Origin: Rhizobium sp. | Lineage (GTDB): Bacteria > Pseudomonadota > Gammaproteobacteria > Burkholderiales > Thiobacillaceae | NCBI GenBank assembly: GCA_019459285.1 | Contig: JAIBEL010000045.1 | Location: 26,149-58,148, forward strand | Direction of reading: 5' to 3' | DNA length: 32,000 nucleotides | Part shown: one piece after another, positions 25,142 through 32,000 of the stretch | Layout of the letters: each line of letters begins with the position of its first letter | Position numbering within the stretch: the first letter of the stretch is position 1 | Position numbers and translations under genes: made by a program | The notes under the pieces: generated by a model | Seen by the model: the letters and a program-made list of their open reading frames with translations, nothing else | The model's database searches: none | Told to the model about the DNA's origin: nothing

Positions 25142-25172
25142 GTAGCCGGGGATGTTGACGCATCCCGGCTAC
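25142..25172 (-). promoter_or_regulatory. Leader hairpin 1 (11-bp stem with 1 bulge) between int and cargo gene A
   Basis: The minus strand reads GTAGCCGGGAT-gcgtcaac-ATCCCCGGCTAC, flanked by CAGGCAAAAGCG on the 5' side and CTAACCACAA on the 3' side. There is no U-tract on the transcribed strand. Confidence 0.4.
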
Positions 25173-25190
25173 CGCTTTTGCCTGAGACCG

Positions 25191-26417
25191 TCAGGCGGCG
25201 GTTTTCCCGTGCAGCGGTATTACTTCTGCCCCGGCCTGCAGCCCATCCAGATAGTCCGCCCATGCCTGCATCATCTTCCTGCGCTCAGCCAGATACTCTG
25301 AACGATGGTAAGCAGCCCGCACCTTGTTCCGCTCAGCGTGGGCAAGCTGACGCTCGATGACATCCGGCTTGAAGCCCATTTCGTTCAATGCGGTGCTGGC
25401 CACCGCCCGGAATCCATGCCCGGTCATCCGTGAGTGATAGCCCATGCGGTACAGCGCAAAAAGTGCCGTGTTCTTGCTCATGGGCCTGGATGGATTACGC
25501 CCGGGGAATACAAAGCGGTAGCCGCCATTGATTTCCTTCAACTGGCGCAGAACATCAACCGCCTGCTGTGAAAGGGGGACGAAGTGCGCTTCTTTCATCT
25601 TCATGCGCTCAGCAGGAATCCGCCATTCGGCGCGGTCTAGGTCAAACTCCCCCCATTCGGCTTCCCGCAGTTCTCCGGTTCGGACAAAGGTGAAAGCCAG
25701 CAGCTTGAGCGCCAGCTTGGTTTGCAGGTCCCCCCCACCTTCGCTGTCATAGGCCTCGATCTTCCGCAGTAGATCGGGAAGCTCATTGATAGTCACCGCC
25801 GCTCGGTGTTCTACCTTGGCCTTGGCCCTCAGCGCTCCGCGCAGGTCGGCCGCAGGATTGCTCTTGCAGCGTGCGGTGGCGATGGCGTAGCGGAATACCT
25901 GCCCGCAAGCGCGATACACCTTTCTGGCTGTTTCGTCGGCTCCCTTTTTCTCGACCTTCCGCAGCGCTGCCAGCAGTTCGGCTGCGTCCACCTCGACAAC
26001 TGGCCGTGCTCCCAATTCGGGGAATATGTAGATTTCGAGTCGCTTGAGGGTGTCGGCGTAATGCCGGGGCGTCCATTTGTGGCGGATGTTCTCCAGCCAT
26101 TCCCGTGCAACCGCTTCGAAGGAGTTCTCGGCGCTTAGCTTCTTCTGGCGCTCCTGCGCCTTGCGATGCTCGCTGGGGTCGATCCCATCTGCAAGCAGTT
26201 TCCGGGCTTCATCGCGCCGTTCCCGGGCATCCTTCAGGCCGACATCAGGATAGACGCCGAGGGACAGGAGCTTTTCCTTACCCCCGAATCGGTACTTGAG
26301 TCGCCACCACTTACCCCCGGCAGGGGTCACCAGCAGGAACAGGCCTTTTTCATCGGCCATCTTGCGTGGCTTGTCGGTGGGCTTGGCACTTCGGATAGCT
26401 GAGTCGGTCAGGGCCAT
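25191..26417 (-). CDS. int: Tyrosine recombinase / integrase, P4-type (DUF4102 N-terminal arm-binding domain plus phage integrase catalytic domain)
   Basis: The start was chosen at MALTDSAIRSAKP (26417), the canonical N-terminus of this family. GKWWRLKYRFGGKEKLLSLGVYP fits DUF4102. The C-terminal HGFRAVAST...LAH......AYHRSEY carries the catalytic H-R-H-Y residues. Confidence 0.9.
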   Translation of the reverse strand: MALTDSAIRSAKPTDKPRKMADEKGLFLLVTPAGGKWWRLKYRFGGKEKLLSLGVYPDVGLKDARERRDEARKLLADGIDPSEHRKAQERQKKLSAENSFEAVAREWLENIRHKWTPRHYADTLKRLEIYIFPELGARPVVEVDAAELLAALRKVEKKGADETARKVYRACGQVFRYAIATARCKSNPAADLRGALRAKAKVEHRAAVTINELPDLLRKIEAYDSEGGGDLQTKLALKLLAFTFVRTGELREAEWGEFDLDRAEWRIPAERMKMKEAHFVPLSQQAVDVLRQLKEINGGYRFVFPGRNPSRPMSKNTALFALYRMGYHSRMTGHGFRAVASTALNEMGFKPDVIERQLAHAERNKVRAAYHRSEYLAERRKMMQAWADYLDGLQAGAEVIPLHGKTAA

Positions 26418-26419
26418 CT

Positions 26420-26478
26420 GGGGGTATCTCCAGGAGGGGTAACTCAAATTACCCCCAACGTTACCCCCACCTACCCCC
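26420..26478. promoter_or_regulatory. Cluster of five TACCCC(C) motif copies (two inverted, three direct), candidate arm-type sites in the int-proximal arm
   Basis: gggggta at 26420-26426 and ggggtaa at 26436-26442 are inverted. ttaccccc at 26449-26456, gttaccccc at 26460-26468 and ctaccccc at 26471-26478 are direct. Confidence 0.45.
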
Positions 26479-26581
26479 GGATGTCAATGGACATTACCGG
26501 AACACCTTGGGCAGTGAAACGGCGTATTTACCATTTATTTCAAGATACTCCTGGCATTAATGGAACTCCCCGGATGTGAAT

Positions 26582-26677
26582 TGGCGGAAGGAAGTGGGAG
26601 TCGAACCCACCCGGGAGCGACTGACACCCCCAACCGAATTTGAAGTCCGGCCGCACCACCAGGCACGCTTCCCTTCC
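26582..26677 (-). tRNA. selC: tRNA-Sec (UCA anticodon)
   Basis: The reverse complement reads GGAAGGGAAGCGTGCCTGGTGGTGCGGCCGGACTTCAAATTCGGTTGGGGGTGTCAGTCGCTCCCGGGTGGGTTCGACTCCCACTTCCTTCCGCCA. It has an 8-bp acceptor stem, a 6-bp D stem, a CTTCAAA anticodon loop, a long variable arm, a GGTTCGACTCC T-arm and an encoded CCA. It parallels E. coli selC. Confidence 0.95.
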
Positions 26678-26707
26678 AATTGAAACCCGATTCTCCAGTC
26701 GATCGCT

Positions 26708-28612
26708 TCAGGCAGCATGATCCATCCTGCCGAACAGATCGGCATTGCGCAATCGATGCGCTTCGCGCACGCGGCGTGTGTAGCCCACCCTGTCGAAAAA
26801 TTCCAGCACCTGCACCGCGCGCTTGCGGCTCAGGCCGCTGCGGTCGCGGAATTCGGCGGCACGCGTCTCGCCGCTCACGTGCTCCAGTTCCTGCACCAGG
26901 GCGGCCAGTTGCGCCACGCTTTCGGGCAGGTAAAACAGATCGCGCACCACTTGGTACAGCTTTCCCTGGCGCGCCTGCTTTTGCATCAAACGCCGCATCG
27001 ACGCCTCGTCGCGCCCCGCGCGTCGGGCCAGATCGCGCACCCAGGGCGGGTCGAAGGCACCCTCTTCCAGCCAGGGGAGGATGTGCTGATAGAGTGCATC
27101 CTCTTCGCGGCTGAGCGCAACGCTATGCGTCGGCACATGCAGCCAGGGACCGCTACGCTGCAAAACGCCCGCCGTCAGCAATGTGTCCGTCAACGCGGTG
27201 AACACGGCAGCCGGGAGCGCCGGCAGAAACATGCGCCTGGCGCGCGTGGCATCGGGACCCAGCTCGTCGGGGAAACGTTCGTGAAACGCCGCGAGACCGG
27301 TGCGCAGATTGTCTTGCAGGCTCGTCCAGTGCGCGGCGGAAAACGCCCAGGTGGCGTGACCGGCACGCACCAGCGTGCAGTCGATCGGCAGGCGCGCAGC
27401 CGGGTCCTTGTCGTTCCAGTGGATGGCGAGCCGGCCCAGGTCGAGCCCACGGAGAGTGAGCAACCGATGCAACCGCTGCGAGGTGTCGGGGATATCCAGC
27501 GCGGCGAGTTCCGCCAGCCGCTGCGGCGTCTTGCGCTTGCGTGCGGGCGCATCGGGATCGAGCACCTTGCCGCCGCCGATCGTGTGGCGGGCATCGGCGT
27601 CGCGCAGAATGAAGCGGTCGCCATGGAGCGCGCCGAGCGGGCGGTCCGTGACCAACTGCGCCAGCGCGCTGCCGCCCGGAGACAGGCTTTCGCCTTCCAG
27701 CAGCGCCACGCGCGCCCTGACATGCGCCGCGCCCAGATGCAGATGGACCGGCGCCCAGTGCACGAGGGCCGCAGGCGCCTGCAGCGACAGCGTCAGCCGC
27801 ACGTCGAACCGTGCGGTCGGCGCGTGCAGACGCGGTGCCACGATCCAGTCGCCACGCGCGATCTCGTCCTTGCCCGCGCCGTGAAGGTTCAGGGCGCAGC
27901 GCTGTCCGGCCTGCCCCCACTGTGATGGGCGGTTCATCACATGCAGGCTGCGCAGGCGAACTGGCCGACCGGATGGCGTCACCATCAGATCGTCGCCCAC
28001 CTGGACGCTGCCGGCGAATACGGTGCCGGTGACAACGGTGCCCGCGCCTTTCAAGGTGAAACTGCGGTCGACCGCAAGCCGGAAACCGCCGTCGGCTGTC
28101 GCCGAAGGCATGGCCTGCGCGGCTTCGTGCAGATGCGTGCGCAGGGCATCGATACCCTGCCCGTCCGGTGCGACAACCGGAAATACTGGTATGCCTGCGA
28201 GCGCCGTTTCGGCCAGCAGTCGATGCAGGTCGCGCTCGACTTCGGCCAGGCGCCCGGGCTCGACCCGGTCGATCTTGGTCAGCGCCACGGCGCCGCGTTC
28301 GATGCCGAGCAGGTGGAGGATGTTGAGATGCTCGCGCGTTTGCGGCATCACGCCGTCGTCCGCGGCCACGACCAGCAGGGCAAAGTCGATCCCCGCCGCG
28401 CCGGCGAGCATGGTGTGGATGAAACGCTCATGACCGGGTACGTCGACAAAACCCAGCACCCCGCCGCCGGGCAAGGGCTGGTAGGCGTAACCCAGTTCGA
28501 TGGAAATTCCGCGCAGCTTCTCGGCGGCGAGCCGGTCGGTGTCGACACCGGTGAGCGCATGCACCAGCGTCGTCTTGCCGTGATCGATGTGCCCGGCCGT
28601 ACCGACGATCAT
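26708..28612 (-). CDS. selB: Selenocysteine-specific translation elongation factor SelB
   Basis: The start MIVGTAGHIDHGKTTL carries the G1 motif, followed by DVPGHERF (G3) and TKID (G4). Length is 634 aa with winged-helix C-terminal domains. The gene sits next to selC and selA. The upstream part of the 1000-aa ORF is Arg/Gly-rich read-through. Confidence 0.92.
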   Translation of the reverse strand: MIVGTAGHIDHGKTTLVHALTGVDTDRLAAEKLRGISIELGYAYQPLPGGGVLGFVDVPGHERFIHTMLAGAAGIDFALLVVAADDGVMPQTREHLNILHLLGIERGAVALTKIDRVEPGRLAEVERDLHRLLAETALAGIPVFPVVAPDGQGIDALRTHLHEAAQAMPSATADGGFRLAVDRSFTLKGAGTVVTGTVFAGSVQVGDDLMVTPSGRPVRLRSLHVMNRPSQWGQAGQRCALNLHGAGKDEIARGDWIVAPRLHAPTARFDVRLTLSLQAPAALVHWAPVHLHLGAAHVRARVALLEGESLSPGGSALAQLVTDRPLGALHGDRFILRDADARHTIGGGKVLDPDAPARKRKTPQRLAELAALDIPDTSQRLHRLLTLRGLDLGRLAIHWNDKDPAARLPIDCTLVRAGHATWAFSAAHWTSLQDNLRTGLAAFHERFPDELGPDATRARRMFLPALPAAVFTALTDTLLTAGVLQRSGPWLHVPTHSVALSREEDALYQHILPWLEEGAFDPPWVRDLARRAGRDEASMRRLMQKQARQGKLYQVVRDLFYLPESVAQLAALVQELEHVSGETRAAEFRDRSGLSRKRAVQVLEFFDRVGYTRRVREAHRLRNADLFGRMDHAA

Positions 28613-29706
28613 GATGGCGCCGTGATTTCCCTGGAGGTGATGCGGTAGCTGAAGCTCGACGCGTCCAGGCTGTCCAGCATGCCGTCCGCGGTTTCGGCCT
28701 GCGGATACATGAGGAAAGGCAGCGTGACGTCGCGGGAGCCGGGCAGCGGCAGGTCGTGCGCGGTGTTGTAGGCCAGCCAGTTCATCTCCCAGGAACCGAA
28801 CAGGCGCTTCCTCGCATCGACCACCATTTCGTCGGTGAGGCTGCGGCCGCCGGGCTGTTCCTCCAGCATCACCTTGCGCACGTCGGCGGGATCGACCGGC
28901 ACCCAGCCGTGTCCGGAGAGCCATACCTCGGCACGGCAGTGCTGGGCCTTGCTGATGTCCCCGCTCTTGCCCAGGCTCTTGTAGCCGAAGCGCGAATCCG
29001 CCACGCGGATGCCGTAGACATCGCGCGCCGGCAGACCTGCGGCGCGTGCCAGGCCGACGTAGAGGGAATTGAGATCGGCGCATTTGCCCGTCAGGTCGCC
29101 GGTTCCCAGCATGAAGCGGATATCGCCGAGGCCGCAGCCGCGGGTCTTCGGGTTGCGCGCCGTGTTGTCGACCACCCACTCGTAGATGGCCCGCGCCTTG
29201 TCCTGGTCGGTTTTCGCCCTGCGGGTGATGTCGCGTGCAGTCTTTCTGACGATGCCGTCGGTGGGCAGCAGCTTCGTGGCCCGGGTATAGCGGCGGTGCA
29301 TCGAAGCAGACAGCGGCGCCGCCTGCCCGGCGCGGGCCAGATCGATGGCGCGGTCGCGTGTGGCGAATCGGCTGGTCACTTCCAGTACCGGCCTCTTCTC
29401 CGGCGCCCATTCGCCATAGAGCATATCGACGCCACGCTCCCGGTCGCGCAGCAGTTGCGCGCGGTCGGCATCGCCTTGCCACAGATTGCCCATGGGCCGG
29501 ATCCAGTCCTGTTCCTGCATGGAGGGAAGCGGCAACCAGACACGGGTTGCACCGTGCGGCTTGAGCACCTCCACCCGGTGTGTCACCTCGAACGTTCGCC
29601 AGCCAGCGTCTGGCGACGGATCGAATGCCGCCATGGCCTGGCTGGCTGGCCACACCACCCCTGCAGCCATTGCAGCAGAGGTCATCAGGAAATCGCGTCG
29701 TTGCAT
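28609..29706 (-). CDS. Tat-exported transglutaminase-like cysteine peptidase family protein
   Basis: ATG at 29706 follows GGAG. The twin-arginine leader is MQRRDFLMTSAAMAAGVVWPASQAMA. The transglutaminase core has Cys in GKCADLNSLYVGLARAAGLPARDV and His/Asp in HCRAEVWLSGHGWVPVDP. Its stop overlaps the selB start (ATGA). Confidence 0.75.
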   Translation of the reverse strand: MQRRDFLMTSAAMAAGVVWPASQAMAAFDPSPDAGWRTFEVTHRVEVLKPHGATRVWLPLPSMQEQDWIRPMGNLWQGDADRAQLLRDRERGVDMLYGEWAPEKRPVLEVTSRFATRDRAIDLARAGQAAPLSASMHRRYTRATKLLPTDGIVRKTARDITRRAKTDQDKARAIYEWVVDNTARNPKTRGCGLGDIRFMLGTGDLTGKCADLNSLYVGLARAAGLPARDVYGIRVADSRFGYKSLGKSGDISKAQHCRAEVWLSGHGWVPVDPADVRKVMLEEQPGGRSLTDEMVVDARKRLFGSWEMNWLAYNTAHDLPLPGSRDVTLPFLMYPQAETADGMLDSLDASSFSYRITSREITAPS

Positions 29707-29731
29707 GCACTGCTCCTTCTCTCTCACGTGA

Positions 29732-31135
29732 TCAGGCGGCCAGCTTCGCGAGCTGGCCGATGAAATCCGCTTCGTCTGCCGCAGACAGACAACGCACATC
29801 CAGCCGCAAGGCGCCGTCTGCGATTCGGCCGATCACCGGTACGGGCAGACCGCGCAGCGCCGCTTCGATCTCATGCAGCACGCCGCTTTTCCGGGTGCGG
29901 GGCCGCACGACCAGCGCATGGCTCGGCAGGCGGTCGATCGGTAGCGAGCCGCTACCGATCTGCGACAGGGCCGGTTCGGCAGACACGCTCAACGGCCAGT
30001 TGGCAAGCGCCTGTTGCATGCGAGGCAGCAGGCGCTCGGCCTGGGCCTGGATGTCGTCGAATGGCCGGGTCAGCAGACGCAGGGCCGTCAGCCGATCGGC
30101 CAGACGGTCGGGATCGCGGTACAACCGCAGCACCGCTTCCAGCGCCGCCAGGGTCAGCTTGCCGACGCGCAGCGCGCGCTTGAGCGGGTTCTTCTTGATG
30201 CGCTGGATCAGCGCGCCGCGGCCCACCAGAATGCCGGCCTGCGGTCCGCCCAGCAGCTTGTCGCCGCTAAAGCTCACGAGATCGGCCCCGGCTGCAATCG
30301 ACTCCTGCGGCGTCGGCTCGTGCGGCAGGCCGAAGCGCGCCAGGTCGACGAGCATGCCGCTGCCCAGATCGATCACGAACGGCAGTTCGTGGGCATGCGC
30401 AAGCTGCGCCAGGTCCGTCTCCGGCACACTGGCGGTAAACCCCTGGATGGCATAGTTGCTGGCGTGCACCTTCATCAGCATGGCGCTGCGCGGGCCGATG
30501 GCGGCCTCGAAGTCGGGCAGGTGCGTGCGATTGGTGGTGCCCACCTCGACCAGCTTGGCGCCCGCGCGGCTCATGATGTCCGGCACCCGGAAGGCCCCGC
30601 CGATTTCCACCAGTTCGCCGCGCGAGACGATCACCTGCTTGCGCAGGGCGAGCGTGTTGAGCAGCAGGAAGACCGCCGCTGCATTGTTGTTCACCACGGT
30701 TGCCGCCTCGGCCCCGGTGAGCTCGCACAGCACCGACTCGACGACGTCGTCGCGGTCGCCGCGGCCACCGGTCTCGAGGTCGTATTCCAGCGCACAGGGA
30801 TGGCGTGCCGCCAGCAGCAGCGCCTCCACCGCCTCTTCCGGCAGCGGTGCGCGCCCCAGGTTGGTATGCAGCACCGTGCCGGTGAGATTGAATACCCGTT
30901 TCAGGCGGGATGCATTGTGCTGCGACAAATGCATTGCAAGCTGGGCCGTCACCGCAGGCTCGGTGTAATCGACCCGGTCGCCGCTGCGCGCTGCCTGGCG
31001 TGCGCGGTCGAGCACGCTGCGCACGCCGGCAAGCACCGGATCGCGGCCGTATTCGGCAATCAGTGGAGAAACAGCCGTCCAGTTGAGGACGCGATCGATC
31101 GAGGGCGGATGGGGGGCGCTATGCACGATAGACAA
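29732..31135 (-). CDS. selA: L-seryl-tRNA(Sec) selenium transferase SelA
   Basis: 467-aa [11 protein letters not shown] aligns with E. coli Sel[23 protein letters not shown] and [14 protein letters not shown] (PLP lysine) are present. The start is TTG at 31135, with an alternative GTG at 31126. Confidence 0.9.
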   Translation of the reverse strand: MSIVHSAPHPPSIDRVLNWTAVSPLIAEYGRDPVLAGVRSVLDRARQAARSGDRVDYTEPAVTAQLAMHLSQHNASRLKRVFNLTGTVLHTNLGRAPLPEEAVEALLLAARHPCALEYDLETGGRGDRDDVVESVLCELTGAEAATVVNNNAAAVFLLLNTLALRKQVIVSRGELVEIGGAFRVPDIMSRAGAKLVEVGTTNRTHLPDFEAAIGPRSAMLMKVHASNYAIQGFTASVPETDLAQLAHAHELPFVIDLGSGMLVDLARFGLPHEPTPQESIAAGADLVSFSGDKLLGGPQAGILVGRGALIQRIKKNPLKRALRVGKLTLAALEAVLRLYRDPDRLADRLTALRLLTRPFDDIQAQAERLLPRMQQALANWPLSVSAEPALSQIGSGSLPIDRLPSHALVVRPRTRKSGVLHEIEAALRGLPVPVIGRIADGALRLDVRCLSAADEADFIGQLAKLAA

Positions 31136-31141
31136 TCCCTT

Positions 31142-31211
31142 AGTGGTGAGTGGTGAGTGGTGAGTGGCGAGTGGTGAGCAGTAAGCGGTAAGTGGTGAGC
31201 GGTGAGTGGTC
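31142..31211. repeat. Tandem heptamer repeat, 10 copies, consensus AGTGGTG (CACCACU on the transcribed strand)
   Basis: The units are agtggtg x3, agtggcg, agtggtg, agcagta, agcggta, agtggtg, agcggtg, agtggtc. The array fills the whole fdhE-selA spacer and overlaps the fdhE stop codon. Confidence 0.9.
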
Positions 31212-32000
31212 AGACGGGGCCGTGGATCAGGTACCAGTTTATTCCGCTGCGGGTAAAGCCCGCCTCGTCCATGAGCAGGTCCAGCGTCAGGGTGGCGAGG
31301 TCATCGGCCACCGGGTCGGCCAGCGGATCTTTCTCCTGCTGGACGACTTTCAGATAGGTCTGGCACGCCGGGCAGCTTTCGGCCTGTACGATCCGGTCCT
31401 TCCCTTCCAGATGATAGTAGGTGATGCTGCGGGTGTTGTCGCAGTTGCTGCATTTGGCGCGGACCACATGCCATTCCGAACTGCACAGCACACAATGCAG
31501 ATAGCGCAGGCCATTCGCGCCCCCGCCGATGCGCACCACCGAACTGACCGGATGCGAGCCGCATACGGGACACAGATTGGGATGCTCGGGCCGCGCCACG
31601 TGCCCGGGATGGAGCTGGCGCGCAAGGTGCGTCCAATGTACCTGCAGGGCCGCGCCGATCACCGGCGCGATGGCGGCATCGAGGTCCTGCGTATTCCCCT
31701 CGAGCAGTCGCGTGGCCTGCGCATCCAGCCAGGCATCGTCGCTGCCCGGAATCGATTCCAGTGCCGCCTGGCCTGGCGCCGGCAAACCCGGCTTGACCGC
31801 CTGGGCCAGGAGTCGGGCCGTATCGCGCCAGCCTGCCGGCAAGCCGAGGCCGGCAGGCGCCAGCGGCGGCATCTGATACTCGCGGCACTGCGCAAGCCTG
31901 TCGGCCGCAGGCGGCTCTCCCGGCGGACCGGCGTCCAGCGCCGCCTGCTGGGCGTGGGCGAGACGCGCGACAAACCGCAAATAGTCGCGGAGGGGGTGGC
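31210..32000 (-). CDS. fdhE: Formate dehydrogenase accessory protein FdhE (5' end beyond the window)
   Basis: [15 protein letters not shown] aligns with E. coli FdhE LGDYLRFAALIAHAQ. CPVCGS...[23 protein letters not shown]...[11 protein letters not shown] are the FdhE Cys clusters. The frame stays open to the window edge. Confidence 0.9.
   Translation of the reverse strand, partial: HPLRDYLRFVARLAHAQQAALDAGPPGEPPAADRLAQCREYQMPPLAPAGLGLPAGWRDTARLLAQAVKPGLPAPGQAALESIPGSDDAWLDAQATRLLEGNTQDLDAAIAPVIGAALQVHWTHLARQLHPGHVARPEHPNLCPVCGSHPVSSVVRIGGGANGLRYLHCVLCSSEWHVVRAKCSNCDNTRSITYYHLEGKDRIVQAESCPACQTYLKVVQQEKDPLADPVADDLATLTLDLLMDEAGFTRSGINWYLIHGPV

Larger units (their letters stand above)
15146..26602. 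mobile_element. Integrative genomic island of about 11.5 kb (P4/CP4-57-like int-alpA-primase backbone) inserted in tRNA-Sec
   Basis: A direct repeat of the tRNA 3' end lies at both ends. The tyrosine integrase gene sits next to the tRNA, and the AlpA and primase genes are present. GC content is lower than in the flanks. TTACCCCC repeats occur at both ends. Confidence 0.85.

Noticed and set aside
25142-25172. Hairpin after int as a classical rho-independent terminator
   Set aside because: On the transcribed (minus) strand the stem is followed by CUAACCACAA, not a U-tract. A T-run exists only on the plus strand, where nothing converges. It is better explained as part of the repeated leader element.
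26717-27925. 402-aa plus-strand ORF antisense to selB, and similar ORFs at 28756-29763 and 30014-31156
   Set aside because: These are GC shadow ORFs opposite genes with unambiguous SelB, transglutaminase and SelA motifs.
28613-29710. Upstream 365 codons of the 1000-aa ORF containing selB
   Set aside because: The translation is Arg/Gly/Pro/His-rich nonsense overlapping the well-supported transglutaminase-like gene in another frame. SelB starts at its canonical G1 motif (ATG at 28612).
31142-31211. The heptamer array, or the 13128-13184 repeat cluster, as a CRISPR array
   Set aside because: The units are 7 and 15 nt with no unique spacers between them. No cas genes are present.

Overview
This is a GC-rich chromosomal segment, probably from a beta-proteobacterium. 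That guess rests only on composition and gene content and is not verified. The window has five parts.

(1) 1-8330 is backbone. It carries a diaminopimelate-dehydrogenase-like gene and a tightly coupled five-gene amidoligase operon (Zn-ribbon protein, papain-fold peptidase, RimK-type ATP-grasp, GCS2 ligase, FGase-type amidohydrolase). These are followed by a DksA/TraR gene, an HPF/RaiA gene and an APH-like kinase fused to a P-loop kinase.

(2) 8466-13440 is an AT-richer Rhs locus. The Rhs gene is broken by a frameshift. It ends in a phospholipase-A2-like toxin tip, followed by a small membrane immunity candidate, an IS110-family transposase remnant and a 15-mer repeat cluster.

(3) 13446-15067 holds a cupin gene and a cNMP-binding/DUF1003 membrane protein.

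(4) 15146-26602 is an integrative island of about 11.5 kb inserted at the 3' end of tRNA-Sec (selC). It is bounded by a 20/21-nt direct repeat of the tRNA 3' end, and TTACCCCC arm-type repeats sit at both ends. It carries a P4-type integrase, AlpA, a PriCT/Toprim/DUF3987 primase operon and two cargo modules of unknown function. One module is a five-gene block between int and alpA with paralogous structured leaders. The other is an HTH pair divergent from an exported SNase-type nuclease and two exported small proteins.

(5) 26582-32000 holds selC, selB, a Tat-exported transglutaminase-like gene, selA, a 10-copy heptamer tandem repeat, and fdhE (partial).

The best candidates for an undescribed system are the int-alpA cargo block (21870-25106) and the amidoligase operon (1203-5908). 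All functional calls come from motif recognition by eye. No database search was run.
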